Shown here: in pieces, positions 1 through 8,833 of the stretch
How positions within the stretch are numbered: the first letter of the stretch is position 1
How the letters are laid out: each line of letters begins with the position of its first letter
Assembly (NCBI GenBank): GCA_049510975.1
Contig: JBEKYM010000003.1
Span: 103,011 to 167,010, forward strand
Source of the DNA: Acidimicrobiales bacterium
Lineage (GTDB): Bacteria > Actinomycetota > Acidimicrobiia > Acidimicrobiales > Bog-793
DNA length: 64,000 nucleotides
Direction of reading: 5' to 3'
Translations under genes and position numbers: made by a program
Notes under the pieces: model-generated
Told to the model about the DNA's origin: nothing
The model's input: the letters and a program-made list of their open reading frames with translations, nothing else
Databases searched by the model: none

Positions 1-591
1 GCCACGGCCGCCGCCCTCTGGGGATCGCCCAGCCTCGAAGGGCGCCACATCGCCGTGAACGGCGTCGGGAAGGTCGGAGGCGCACTGGCGCTGCTGTGCG
101 CCGAGCGAGGGGCACGGCTCTCGGTGGCCGACGTCTCCAGCGGTGCGCTCGGCGCCCTCGGCGCTCAGCTGGACGTCGAGGTCGTCCCGCCCGATGCCAT
201 CCACGCCGTCGAATGTGACCTCTACGCGCCGTGTGCGCTCGGCAGTGCCCTCAACGATCGGACCGTGCCGGAGCTGTCGTGCCAGGCGGTTTGCGGTGCC
301 GCCAACAACCAGTTGGACACTCCGGACACCGAGGCGGCCCTGCAGGCACGCGGCATCACCTACGTGCCGGACTACGTCGCCAACGCCGGCGGCATCATCA
401 ACATCGCCTACGAGGCCGGCGGCTACGACGCCGAGGCGGCTCGATCCCACGTCGCCCGCATCTACGACACGGTTGCTCGGCTCTTCGAGGAGGCGAGCCG
501 CACGGGCGAGCGCCTCAGCGTGCTCGCCGACGGCATGGCCGAAGCGCGCCTGGCGGCGGCCGGCGCCTCCCCCGCCGCGGCACAGCCCTGA
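1..591 (+). CDS. Glu/Leu/Phe/Val-type (leucine-like) dehydrogenase, C-terminal NAD-binding half; 5' end lies outside the window
   Basis: Frame 1 is open from base 1. GVGKVGG dinucleotide-binding motif, GAANNQL and YVPDYVANAGGII motifs typical of ELFV dehydrogenases. Confidence 0.8.
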   Translation, partial: ATAAALWGSPSLEGRHIAVNGVGKVGGALALLCAERGARLSVADVSSGALGALGAQLDVEVVPPDAIHAVECDLYAPCALGSALNDRTVPELSCQAVCGAANNQLDTPDTEAALQARGITYVPDYVANAGGIINIAYEAGGYDAEAARSHVARIYDTVARLFEEASRTGERLSVLADGMAEARLAAAGASPAAAQP

Positions 592-607
592 GAAACCCCC
601 TCGGGCC

Positions 608-1180
608 TTAGCGAGCAGCCTTCTGCCGAGCGCCCGAGCGCGACCGAGGGAGGGCCTCGTGGCCGTCGCGGGCCGTCGCGGGCTCGGCGACGGCCTCCTC
701 GCCGGGCTCCTCATCGGCCCACCCCGCAACGGCCCAGCCGGTGTCGTTCCACCCGGTGATCACGAGCATGAAGAGGGCGAACTGCAAGATGTGGACGCTC
801 GTGCACCAGATGCAGATGTGCTTGACGGCGAGCAGCTCCACGCCGACGAGGTACAGCACCATGACCATGCCGAGGCATGCGGCCGCCAGGCGGAGGCGGG
901 CGACGAGCAGCGACTCCGAGCGCCACATCGCCGGCACGTTGATCACCACCATGAAGAGGAAGAAGACGGCTCCGTAGAGCGCCACCGGGAGGCCGAGGAT
1001 GGTCGACCAGCCGCTCGTGAGCACAGCCTGACAGTCGATCGTGCCACCCGAGCCGCCGCCGAACGGGCAGACGTTCACGCCCTTGGATCCGGCCGAGTAG
1101 TGGCTGTAGGTGAGGTACACGGCCACGGCCAGTCCGAGGACCGACACGATGAGGGCCGCCCACGGCCGCCAGCGGGTCAT
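608..1180 (-). CDS. Vitamin K epoxide reductase (VKOR) family membrane protein
   Basis: Four hydrophobic helices. Loop cysteines (VNVCPFGGGSGGTIDC) and a CIWC redox motif in the last helix. The ATG overlaps the upstream stop (ATGA). Confidence 0.85.
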   Translation of the reverse strand: MTRWRPWAALIVSVLGLAVAVYLTYSHYSAGSKGVNVCPFGGGSGGTIDCQAVLTSGWSTILGLPVALYGAVFFLFMVVINVPAMWRSESLLVARLRLAAACLGMVMVLYLVGVELLAVKHICIWCTSVHILQFALFMLVITGWNDTGWAVAGWADEEPGEEAVAEPATARDGHEALPRSRSGARQKAAR

Positions 1181-2385
1181 GACTTCGGGAGCAGCTTCAG
1201 CGCCTGCTGGACGGCCGGGAGGCTGCAGACCGAGGCAGGCTGATCACCGGTCATCTTGCAGATGGCCGCCGTGTAGATGTTGGCTGCCCCGAGGATCGCC
1301 TGACCCACCGTCGTGAGCGGCGTCGACTGGATGTTGTCGATGATGTCCTGCCAGCTCAGCGGGTGCCAACCGAAGACCGTCTGACTGTTCCCCAAGGTGA
1401 TCAGGTTGGGGTTGTAGAGACTGCCGGACGAGACGTACTTGCCGGCCCAGTCGAGGAAGGGAATCCCCTGGGTGGTCTGGAAGTACGGCGCGCTGTCGTA
1501 GGTCTGGAACAGCTTGGCTTGTGCCGGGGTGGCGCCGGGTTTGATGGGCGTGTAGTTGTCGTTCGGGCAGGCGTTGCTGACCAAGGCGACGGCGCAGACG
1601 TTGGAGACGAGCTCGACGGGGTCGAACACGAGGTAGGGGCTCGTGTACGTCGCCTTGGCGAAGCTCCAGGTCCGCGTGTTCGCGAAGCTGTCCTCGGGTG
1701 ACGACCCGATGATCCCGAGGCCCTTGAACGTCCCGAAACGGCTCAGGGCGATGATGAGCGGCCAGCGAGAGGCGGCACAGTAGGGGCAGTACTCCGCCCC
1801 CATGTAGAGCAGCTCGGGCTTCTTCTTGCCCCCGACCGTTGCCGTCAGCGGCGGTTGCTTCGGAGTAGCGACGAAGACGGAGGGGCTTTCCTGCCCGTTG
1901 CCGGTGCCGCCGGCGTTGAGCTGGGCGTTCGACACCGTCGTGACGGCGGTGACGTAGGACGCCGGAGCCGTCTTGAAGGTGATCGGGCTGCCGACCTTGC
2001 CGGTCGTAGTCGAACCGCCGAGCGTGGAGATGAGGATGATGACGACGATGGCGAGGACGACGAACGCCCCGCCGAAGATGCCCGCCGTCTTTCCCGTGCT
2101 GCGTTGCTGCTGCCGCCGGCGGCGGGGGTCGATCTTGGCGCCGGGGCGGTTGCTCCGGGGCGGCGGGCGTTTCGAGCTCGACTTCGGCTGGCTGAGACGG
2201 TCGCGAGCGCGCTCGTCGGCAGACAGCCGATCCGAGCCGCCACCGTTGCCGGCCGCGCCGCCCGCCGAGGCGGGCTTGGCGGCTGCGGGAGCACCAGATC
2301 TACGGGTCGCCGCCGAACGGTTCCCGGTGCCCGGTGGTCGCCGATTGCCGCTCCCGGGCTTGCGGGGTGTCCCGCTGTTCGCCAT
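1177..2385 (-). CDS. DUF929-type membrane-anchored thioredoxin-fold protein (CPYC motif)
   Basis: Basic, disordered N-terminus, one TM helix (IFGGAFVVLAIVVIILI), then LLYMGAEYCPYCAASRWPLIIALSRFG. 4-nt overlap with the VKOR gene. Confidence 0.75.
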   Translation of the reverse strand: MANSGTPRKPGSGNRRPPGTGNRSAATRRSGAPAAAKPASAGGAAGNGGGSDRLSADERARDRLSQPKSSSKRPPPRSNRPGAKIDPRRRRQQQRSTGKTAGIFGGAFVVLAIVVIILISTLGGSTTTGKVGSPITFKTAPASYVTAVTTVSNAQLNAGGTGNGQESPSVFVATPKQPPLTATVGGKKKPELLYMGAEYCPYCAASRWPLIIALSRFGTFKGLGIIGSSPEDSFANTRTWSFAKATYTSPYLVFDPVELVSNVCAVALVSNACPNDNYTPIKPGATPAQAKLFQTYDSAPYFQTTQGIPFLDWAGKYVSSGSLYNPNLITLGNSQTVFGWHPLSWQDIIDNIQSTPLTTVGQAILGAANIYTAAICKMTGDQPASVCSLPAVQQALKLLPKS

Positions 2386-2533
2386 CTTGGTGAGATTCCC
2401 TTCGTGGTGTTGCGAGTGGCCTCGTCAACCACAGGCCTTCGCCGGTTTGCGCCCCATGAGGTTACATGCCTGCCAACACCGAGGGCACGTCGCCCTCGCA
2501 GCGGGAACAGAGGGACGTACCTAGGCTCGCCCT

Positions 2534-2947
2534 GTGCATCGTCGCCGCCTGAGCTGGGCTCTTGGTCTCGCCCTGGCCGCCGGGCTCGCCGACTGCGTCG
2601 TTGATGCCCCAGCCCGGCCGTTCACGCTCCGAGCAGATGTCACGACGGCGATCGGAATCGCCGGAGTCCTCCTCCTCGGGGCCTTCGGGCGACGGCGGGC
2701 ACGGGAGGCATCGCCGCCGGCCGGGGAGCCCGTGGCGCCTGCAGTGGGCCGTCCGGCCAAGCTCGCCTGGGCGACGCTGGCCGTAGCGGTGGCGAGCCTC
2801 GAGCTCGGCAACTTCGTCGCCTCTCCCCGCAGCCAGCATCCGACGATCAGCTCGCTGCTCGCCGTCGCCGAAGGTCACGAAGTCTGGCGGGCCCTGCTGT
2901 TCGCCGCCTGGCTCGCAGTCGGCTGGTGGCTGTGGGGACCCTCGTGA
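2534..2947 (+). CDS. Hypothetical small membrane protein (tandem paralogue 1)
   Basis: High third-position G+C and hydrophobic segments. C-terminal motif RALLFAAWLAVGWWLW is shared with the next ORF. Confidence 0.45.
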   Translation: MHRRRLSWALGLALAAGLADCVVDAPARPFTLRADVTTAIGIAGVLLLGAFGRRRAREASPPAGEPVAPAVGRPAKLAWATLAVAVASLELGNFVASPRSQHPTISSLLAVAEGHEVWRALLFAAWLAVGWWLWGPS

Positions 2948-3138
2948 GGACGCTCTCCCTCGCGCTGTGGAGCGGCCTTGCAGCCGTCGCCCTCGTGCTC
3001 GAGGTGGCCGGTCGGCGCAGGCTCGCCGGCCTCGCTCCCCTCGGCCAAGTGCTCCGGGCCTTGTGCACGGCCATGCCGGCTCGCATCGGCCTGTTTCTCG
3101 TGTGGGCGTGGCTCGGCTGGCACCTCTTCGCCCGCTGA
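2944..3138 (+). CDS. Hypothetical small membrane protein (tandem paralogue 2)
   Basis: GTG at 2944 overlaps the previous stop (GTGA). C-terminal RIGLFLVWAWLGWHLF resembles the previous protein. Confidence 0.4.
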   Translation: MRTLSLALWSGLAAVALVLEVAGRRRLAGLAPLGQVLRALCTAMPARIGLFLVWAWLGWHLFAR

Positions 3139-3260
3139 CTGCCCCGGTGCCGTCGCCGGCGCCGCCAGACGAATCTCGATCGCCCGGCGCCACCCACCAG
3201 GCGAGTGTCGCGCACGCCCGCCGGGCTTGCGTCACCTGCGCTGCCCTCGAGATGCCACAA

Positions 3261-3298
3261 GGCGCCGGGCCCTCCCCCGAGGGGGAAGATCCGGCGCC
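3261..3298. terminator. GC-rich nested hairpin between convergent genes (possible bidirectional terminator)
   Basis: GGCGCCGG ... CCGGCGCC arms enclose TCCCCC-GA-GGGGGA. It lies between the 3138 stop (+) and the 3389 stop (-). Confidence 0.35.
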
Positions 3299-3388
3299 TT
3301 GCTCCGGTGCCGCCAGAGCTCGAGTCGATTCGGTGGCTGATCAGGGTTTACTTCACGCTGCGACCGCCACGAGCGTGTCGGGCGACCG

Positions 3389-5149
3389 TCAGGCGACGGG
3401 CCGGGCCCCCAGCGAGATGGTGGCCGAGTGCTTGCCGCCGGAGGGGTCGATCCAGGTCACGTTGACGGACTGGCCGGGCTTGTCCTTGGACAGGATCGCT
3501 CCGAGAGCCACGGGAGTGGCAACCGAAGTGCCGTTGACGGCCGTGATCACGTCGCCTTCCTTCAGGCCGGACTGCACCGCCGGCGTGCCCTGGAGGATGC
3601 CGGCGACATAGGCGCCCTTGTTCGTTCCCGGCGTCGGGTACTGCGCACCGAAGATGCCGGTGGGAGCGGCCTCCGCCTGAGCGATCGTGATGACTTCGAC
3701 TCCGATGAAGCCCTTGTTGTTGATCAGGACCGACGAACTGCCCTTGCCCTGCTGGATCTGCTGGGCGATGGCGATGGCCTCGTTGATCGGGATGGCGAAT
3801 CCGATGTTCGTGGCCGCCTGTGTGGAGCTGCCCGATGCGGCGGCGGTGTCCATGCCGATGACCTGTCCGGCGGCGTTCACGAGCGGGCCGCCCGAGTTGC
3901 CCGGGTTGATGGGGGCGTCGGTCTGGATGAGGCCGCTCAGGTTCTCGGTCACTCCGGTTCCTTCATCACTGGCCGAGATGGAGCGCCCGAGGGCCGACAC
4001 GATGCCCTGGGTCACGGTCGGCGGGCCCTTCAGGTCAAGCGCGTTGCCGATGGCGACGACCGGATCGCCCACTTGCAGGCTCGAGGAGTTGCCGATCGAC
4101 ACCGTCGAGAGGCCGGAGGCGCCCACGAGCTGCACGAGAGCGACGTCCTGCTTGGTGTCGGTTCCGAGCACCCGAACCTTGTAGGTGGTGCCCTTGCCGT
4201 CGATCTGGGCCGTGATCGAGGTCCCGTCCGCGATGACGTGGTTGTTCGTGAGGACTTCGCCGTTCGACGTGAGGATCATGCCGGTGCCGGCCGCCTCCTC
4301 GCCGCTCGACTGGTCGATCGAGGTGATGTCCACGACGGCAGGGTCGACTTTGGCAGCGATGGCGGACACGTTGATCTTGGCGTTGGTGCCGGGGCTGCCC
4401 GAATTCGACGGCGACGGGATCGGTTGGGTCGCCGTCGTCTGTGCTTTGGTCGGGCTGGACGACTTGCCGATGAGCACGCCACCGCCGATCGCGGCCAGCA
4501 GGACGACGGCTCCGAGGGCACCGACGAGCACGCGGCGCGATCGACCGGGCTTTGCGCCAGGCGTCGCCGGCTCCGGATCACCCTCAGGGAACCCGTATCC
4601 ACCTGGCGCCGGCGGCGGACCGCCCGTCGGTGGCAGACCGCCGCTTCCACCCATCGGCCAGCCCTCTCCGATCTCGATCGGCTGGCCCGGGGGGGCGCCC
4701 GCCGCGCCCGCTGCTGCGGAGCCCGGCACCCAGCTCGGGGTAGCGGGCTGAGGCCAGCCACCCCAGGCAGGCGACTGCGCCTGATAAGGCCCGAGGGGGT
4801 CGGCCGGCGCCGGCATCGGCGCCCAGGCCGCAGTGCCGGCAGGTGGCGTCGGGCGGGGTACGTCCGGGTCCGGGTGCGGGGCCGCTGCGCCGGGCGTCCA
4901 TGCCGGCATCCCGCTCGGTGGGGTCGAGGGCTGGGCGGCATACGGGTTCCAGCCGCTCTGGGACGGGTCGGGGATCCATCCGCCGACCACCGGCGACGCC
5001 GACTCGGGCATCGCCGGCTCGGCCGCGGCCGCTTCCGGCTCGGCCGCGGCTGCTTCCGGCGCTGTCGTGGCCTCGGAACCGACCTCAGCCTCGGGAGAAC
5101 CGGTCTCGGCCTCCGGAGTTGACTCGGGGCTCTCGAATTCGTTGTCCAT
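3389..5149 (-). CDS. HtrA/DegP-like S1C serine protease with Pro/Ala-rich N-terminus, TM anchor and C-terminal PDZ domain
   Basis: Catalytic-triad contexts TNNHV, DVALV and GNSGGPL. PDZ-like GAYVAGILQGTPAVQSGLKEGDVITAVNG. Confidence 0.9.
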   Translation of the reverse strand: MDNEFESPESTPEAETGSPEAEVGSEATTAPEAAAAEPEAAAAEPAMPESASPVVGGWIPDPSQSGWNPYAAQPSTPPSGMPAWTPGAAAPHPDPDVPRPTPPAGTAAWAPMPAPADPLGPYQAQSPAWGGWPQPATPSWVPGSAAAGAAGAPPGQPIEIGEGWPMGGSGGLPPTGGPPPAPGGYGFPEGDPEPATPGAKPGRSRRVLVGALGAVVLLAAIGGGVLIGKSSSPTKAQTTATQPIPSPSNSGSPGTNAKINVSAIAAKVDPAVVDITSIDQSSGEEAAGTGMILTSNGEVLTNNHVIADGTSITAQIDGKGTTYKVRVLGTDTKQDVALVQLVGASGLSTVSIGNSSSLQVGDPVVAIGNALDLKGPPTVTQGIVSALGRSISASDEGTGVTENLSGLIQTDAPINPGNSGGPLVNAAGQVIGMDTAAASGSSTQAATNIGFAIPINEAIAIAQQIQQGKGSSSVLINNKGFIGVEVITIAQAEAAPTGIFGAQYPTPGTNKGAYVAGILQGTPAVQSGLKEGDVITAVNGTSVATPVALGAILSKDKPGQSVNVTWIDPSGGKHSATISLGARPVA

Positions 5150-5253
5150 CGGACTTCACACTCCTGTGTGCGACGTGCTGCTCGTTGGCGGCCTGTCTCG
5201 CTCTGCTGCACAGCATGGACGAGCCGCCTGAGAGATCTCTGAGAACAAGCTCT

Positions 5254-5281
5254 GGAGTTGTGGTGAGAGTTGTCGAGAGTC
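5254..5281 (-). promoter_or_regulatory. Three GAGAGT/GGAGTT direct repeats at ~10-11 bp spacing upstream of the HtrA gene (candidate response-regulator site)
   Basis: On the gene strand this reads ACTCTC-GACA-ACTCTC-ACCACA-ACTCC. It sits in a locally less G+C-rich intergenic region. Confidence 0.25.
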
Positions 5282-5305
5282 TGGCACCATGTCCGCCTGC
5301 TGGGA

Positions 5306-6031
5306 TCAGCCCTTCCGCGCCAAGCCGAAACGCGACCGGCGAGGCACCGCAACCGTCTCGACGGCGGCGTCGTCGTCGGGCGGCACCTCCGACGGCTGGA
5401 GGAGGTCCGCCAGAGCCGTCACGAGCTCGTCGATCTCCCGCCAGGTGACCTCGTACTGCTCGGACGTCCCGCCGAACGGGTCGGCGACATCGTCGAGCCA
5501 GGAGTCGCCGAGGAGCTCGGCCGGCTCGCGGTCTTCGTGCAGGCGAGCCAGGAACGCCTCGACCGTCTCGCCCTCGTCGATACCGCCGGCTGCGGCGCCC
5601 CGGCGAACGATCTCTTTCAGCGTGAATGTCTTCGGCCAGGCGCTGTCGGTCATGAGAGCGGCCTCGCGCAGCTGATGGCGCTCCATCGTGATCACGATGT
5701 CGGCGCGGTCGAGATCCTCGCCGGTGAGCTGGTGGCTCGTCCGCTCGCTCAGGTCCACCCCGAGCCTGCCGACGAGCTCGACGACCGGCTCTGGGCTCGT
5801 CCGGCCGTCCTCGAGCAGCCCGGCCGACGACACGACGGCTGTCTCGGCGCGCTCGGCCATCTTCTGTCTCATGAGCGCTTCGGCCATGGGTGACCGGCAG
5901 ACGTTGGCCGTGCAGACGAACAGGATTTCGATCGTCCCAGCGTATCCCGCTCTTGCCGCCCGACGGCCCGGCGGGGCACACTGCCAAGCGCCGTGGGACG
6001 ACGCCTCCTCTACCAGCTGTCCGACCTCCAT
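5306..6031 (-). CDS. Low-molecular-weight protein-tyrosine phosphatase / arsenate-reductase-fold protein
   Basis: ILFVCTANVCRSPMAE P-loop (CX5R) and a downstream DP motif. The only canonical in-frame start upstream of the catalytic Cys is the ATG at 6031. Confidence 0.7.
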   Translation of the reverse strand: MEVGQLVEEASSHGAWQCAPPGRRAARAGYAGTIEILFVCTANVCRSPMAEALMRQKMAERAETAVVSSAGLLEDGRTSPEPVVELVGRLGVDLSERTSHQLTGEDLDRADIVITMERHQLREAALMTDSAWPKTFTLKEIVRRGAAAGGIDEGETVEAFLARLHEDREPAELLGDSWLDDVADPFGGTSEQYEVTWREIDELVTALADLLQPSEVPPDDDAAVETVAVPRRSRFGLARKG

Positions 6032-6766
6032 CTCGTGAGCGAGGGCCGTCACCGTTCCGGAGCCGATCCCCTCGAGAACCTCGAGCGGGCCATCGAGCTC
6101 ATGACGGTCGCGCCCAGCCGCCCCGAGGGCATCGTCCTCACCGGCGATCTCGCCGATTCCGGCGAGCCCGGCGCCTATCGACTGCTGCGAGCCGCCATGG
6201 ACCGACTCTCGGTCGCCCTCGCCGCACCGGTCGTGTACGTGCCGGGCAATCACGACCTCCGCAATGGGTTTCGAGGCATCCTCCTCGAACAAGCCGACGT
6301 CGACGAGACCGCTCCCATCGACCAGATCCACCGCTTCGGCGGGTTGCGCCTGATCTCCCTCGACAGCGTCGTGCCCGGCGTCGACGGCGGCGAACTGCGC
6401 GACGAACAGCTCGAGTGGCTGCGATCCGAGCTCGGCTCTCCGGCGCCCGACGGCACCATCGTCGCCCTCCACCACCCACCGATCAGCTCCCCGATCCGCT
6501 CGATGGCCGCCTTGGCCTTGGCGGAGCCGGAGCGCCTGGCGAGCGCCATCGAGGGCTCCGACGTCTGCCTCGTGATCGCCGGCCACAACCACCACGCCTC
6601 GAGCGGCATGCTGGCGGGCGTCCCGGTATGGGCAGCGCCTTCGCTCTGCTACCGGTCCCATCCCCTCGTCGAAGACGCCTACGTCCCACTGCCCGGAAGC
6701 GCCTTCACGCGCATCGACGTCGTCGACGGCCGACCGCTCGTCACCGTCGTCCCCGTCCCCCTCTGA
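5993..6766 (+). CDS. Metallophosphoesterase (CpdA-like calcineurin-fold phosphodiesterase)
   Basis: Motifs LSDLHL, GDLADSG, GNHD, HHPP and GHNHH in the canonical order. Confidence 0.8.
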   Translation: MGRRLLYQLSDLHLVSEGRHRSGADPLENLERAIELMTVAPSRPEGIVLTGDLADSGEPGAYRLLRAAMDRLSVALAAPVVYVPGNHDLRNGFRGILLEQADVDETAPIDQIHRFGGLRLISLDSVVPGVDGGELRDEQLEWLRSELGSPAPDGTIVALHHPPISSPIRSMAALALAEPERLASAIEGSDVCLVIAGHNHHASSGMLAGVPVWAAPSLCYRSHPLVEDAYVPLPGSAFTRIDVVDGRPLVTVVPVPL

Positions 6767-6861
6767 GCCGTGAGCCGCTGAGGCTGCCGGGGGCGCCCCC
6801 GATGGACGACGAGCGAACTGAGTAGTGTCGCCAGGGAGAACGCGCCGATAGGGGGACCCCA

Positions 6862-8817
6862 ATGGCCATCGACACAGCTGCGCCGGCACCACAACGGCCG
6901 CACGGGCCGGGACTCGTCGAGGGCCTCTGGCGACGGCAGCTCGAGCACTACCCCGACACGGGTCGGAGGGCGTCCTACCTCGGCATCGTCGTCATCGCCT
7001 CGATCATGCTGTACTACGAGCTCTACATCCAAGGTGCCGTCGCCACCAACATCATCCACCAGTACGGGATGAGCTTTCGGTACTTCGTGTTCGTCTCGGT
7101 CATCGGCAACCTCGTGGGTGCCTTCGCCTCGCTGGCCGCAGGACTGGCCGACCGTTGGGGACGAGCAAACCTCGTCGCCTATGGGCTGGCGCTCACCGGT
7201 GTGCTGATCTGTTTCGGGCTGCCGAACGCCTCGAGCAAGGGTGTGTATCTCATCCTGTTCGCCTTCGTGAGCCTCGTCGAAGGCGTCGTGCTCGTGGCTA
7301 CGCCCGCCCTCATCCGTGACTTCTCACCGCAGTTGGGGCGGGCACAGGCGATGGGTTTCTGGACGCTCGGGCCCGTGATCGGCAGCCTCGTGGTCACCGA
7401 GGTCTCGAGCCACACGCTCGCCACCCACACCGACTGGCAGTACCAGTTCCGCCTCTGCGGGCTCGCCGGCCTCGTCGTCTTCCTCATCGCCGTCGTCGGT
7501 CTGCGAGAGCTCTCGCCGCGCCTTCGCGACCAGCTGATGGTGAGCATGCACGACCGCGAGCTCATCGAGGCGCGAGCTGCGGGCATCGATACCGAGCAAG
7601 CGCTCACCGGGCACTGGCGGCAGATGCTGCGCTTCGACATCGTCGGCCCCGCCTTTGCCATCAGCGTGTTCCTGCTCTTCTATTACATCGCCGTCGGGTT
7701 CTTCGTCGTGTACTACGCCACGAACTTCGGGTATTCGCCGGCCCGTGCCAACAGCCTTGCCAACTGGTACTGGATCTCCAATGCCATCGCCCTCGTGACG
7801 GCCGGCTTCCTCTCGGACCGCTTGCGGGTACGCAAGCCGTTCATGGTGATCGGGGCGGTCGCGAGCGCCGTCGGCGTGGCCATCTTCGCCATGAAGGCCA
7901 CCCAGCCCCACACGAGCTACTCGACGTTCGGCTTGCTCCTCATCCTCATCTCGGCCGGCAGCGGGCTCGCCTACTGCGGCTGGATGGCGGCCTTCACCGA
8001 AACCGTCGAGAAACACAACCCGGCCGCAACCGCCACAGGCCTTGCCGTCTGGGGCTGGACGATCCGCATGATCGTGACGATCTCGCTCGTCGGCCTCACG
8101 TTTGCCATCAGCGCTGCCAACGTCCTTGTCGACAACGGGCCGACGGCACAGGCCATCCAAGCCAAGTACCCGAGCCAGGTGGCCACGCTGTCGCTCGTCG
8201 ACCCGGCGACCCTGACGGCACTCAATGCCAACCCGAACGACGTGGCGGCACAGCTGAAGGCCGCCAGCGAGCTCTCGAAGGTCCCGCTCCCGATCGTCAC
8301 CCAGCTCGAGACGCTGAAGACGAAGCACCCCTCCGAGGTGCAGACCCTCTCGGCCATCGACCCGGTGACCCTGGCGGCGCTGCACGCCAATGCGCACAAC
8401 CCGGCCGCCGACGGCAAGGCCATCACCGAGATCGCCGCCCACTTCCACATCTCCTCGGGTGCGGCCACGACTCGCCTGCTGGCCGTGGCCACGCTCGGCA
8501 CGGCAAACCTCAACTTGCTCTTCAAGTACGGCAACACCGTCAACGCGGCGGCGGCACGGCTGCTGGCGGTGAGCGCCACGGTGCCGAAGGCCGATCTCGC
8601 CTACCTGCAGAAGTACGGCACGTCAGTCCAGAACGCCCAGAAGAGCTCGCCCCATCAGTGGCAGCGGTGGTGGTGGATCTGCTTCGCCGGCCAGGTGCTG
8701 TTCCTGCCGTTCGTGTTCCTCTTGACCGGTCGCTGGAGCCCGGGTCGGGCGAAGGAAGACGCCGAAGCCCACGAACTGCTCATCCAGCGGGAGATGAAGG
8801 AGCTGACCGCCGTCTGA
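6862..8817 (+). CDS. MFS transporter with a ~175-aa non-membrane insertion before the last helix
   Basis: Multiple hydrophobic helices and the MFS loop motif GLADRWGR. Hydrophilic region at 8128-8660, then a terminal helix WWWICFAGQVLFLPFVFLL. Confidence 0.85.
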   Translation: MAIDTAAPAPQRPHGPGLVEGLWRRQLEHYPDTGRRASYLGIVVIASIMLYYELYIQGAVATNIIHQYGMSFRYFVFVSVIGNLVGAFASLAAGLADRWGRANLVAYGLALTGVLICFGLPNASSKGVYLILFAFVSLVEGVVLVATPALIRDFSPQLGRAQAMGFWTLGPVIGSLVVTEVSSHTLATHTDWQYQFRLCGLAGLVVFLIAVVGLRELSPRLRDQLMVSMHDRELIEARAAGIDTEQALTGHWRQMLRFDIVGPAFAISVFLLFYYIAVGFFVVYYATNFGYSPARANSLANWYWISNAIALVTAGFLSDRLRVRKPFMVIGAVASAVGVAIFAMKATQPHTSYSTFGLLLILISAGSGLAYCGWMAAFTETVEKHNPAATATGLAVWGWTIRMIVTISLVGLTFAISAANVLVDNGPTAQAIQAKYPSQVATLSLVDPATLTALNANPNDVAAQLKAASELSKVPLPIVTQLETLKTKHPSEVQTLSAIDPVTLAALHANAHNPAADGKAITEIAAHFHISSGAATTRLLAVATLGTANLNLLFKYGNTVNAAAARLLAVSATVPKADLAYLQKYGTSVQNAQKSSPHQWQRWWWICFAGQVLFLPFVFLLTGRWSPGRAKEDAEAHELLIQREMKELTAV

Positions 8818-8833
8818 GCCCCGCAGCCGTTGC

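Noticed and set aside
5306-6892. 528-aa ORF read as a single gene.
   Set aside because: Only the C-terminal ~240 codons look like a protein (LMW-PTP). The upstream part is antisense to the metallophosphoesterase.
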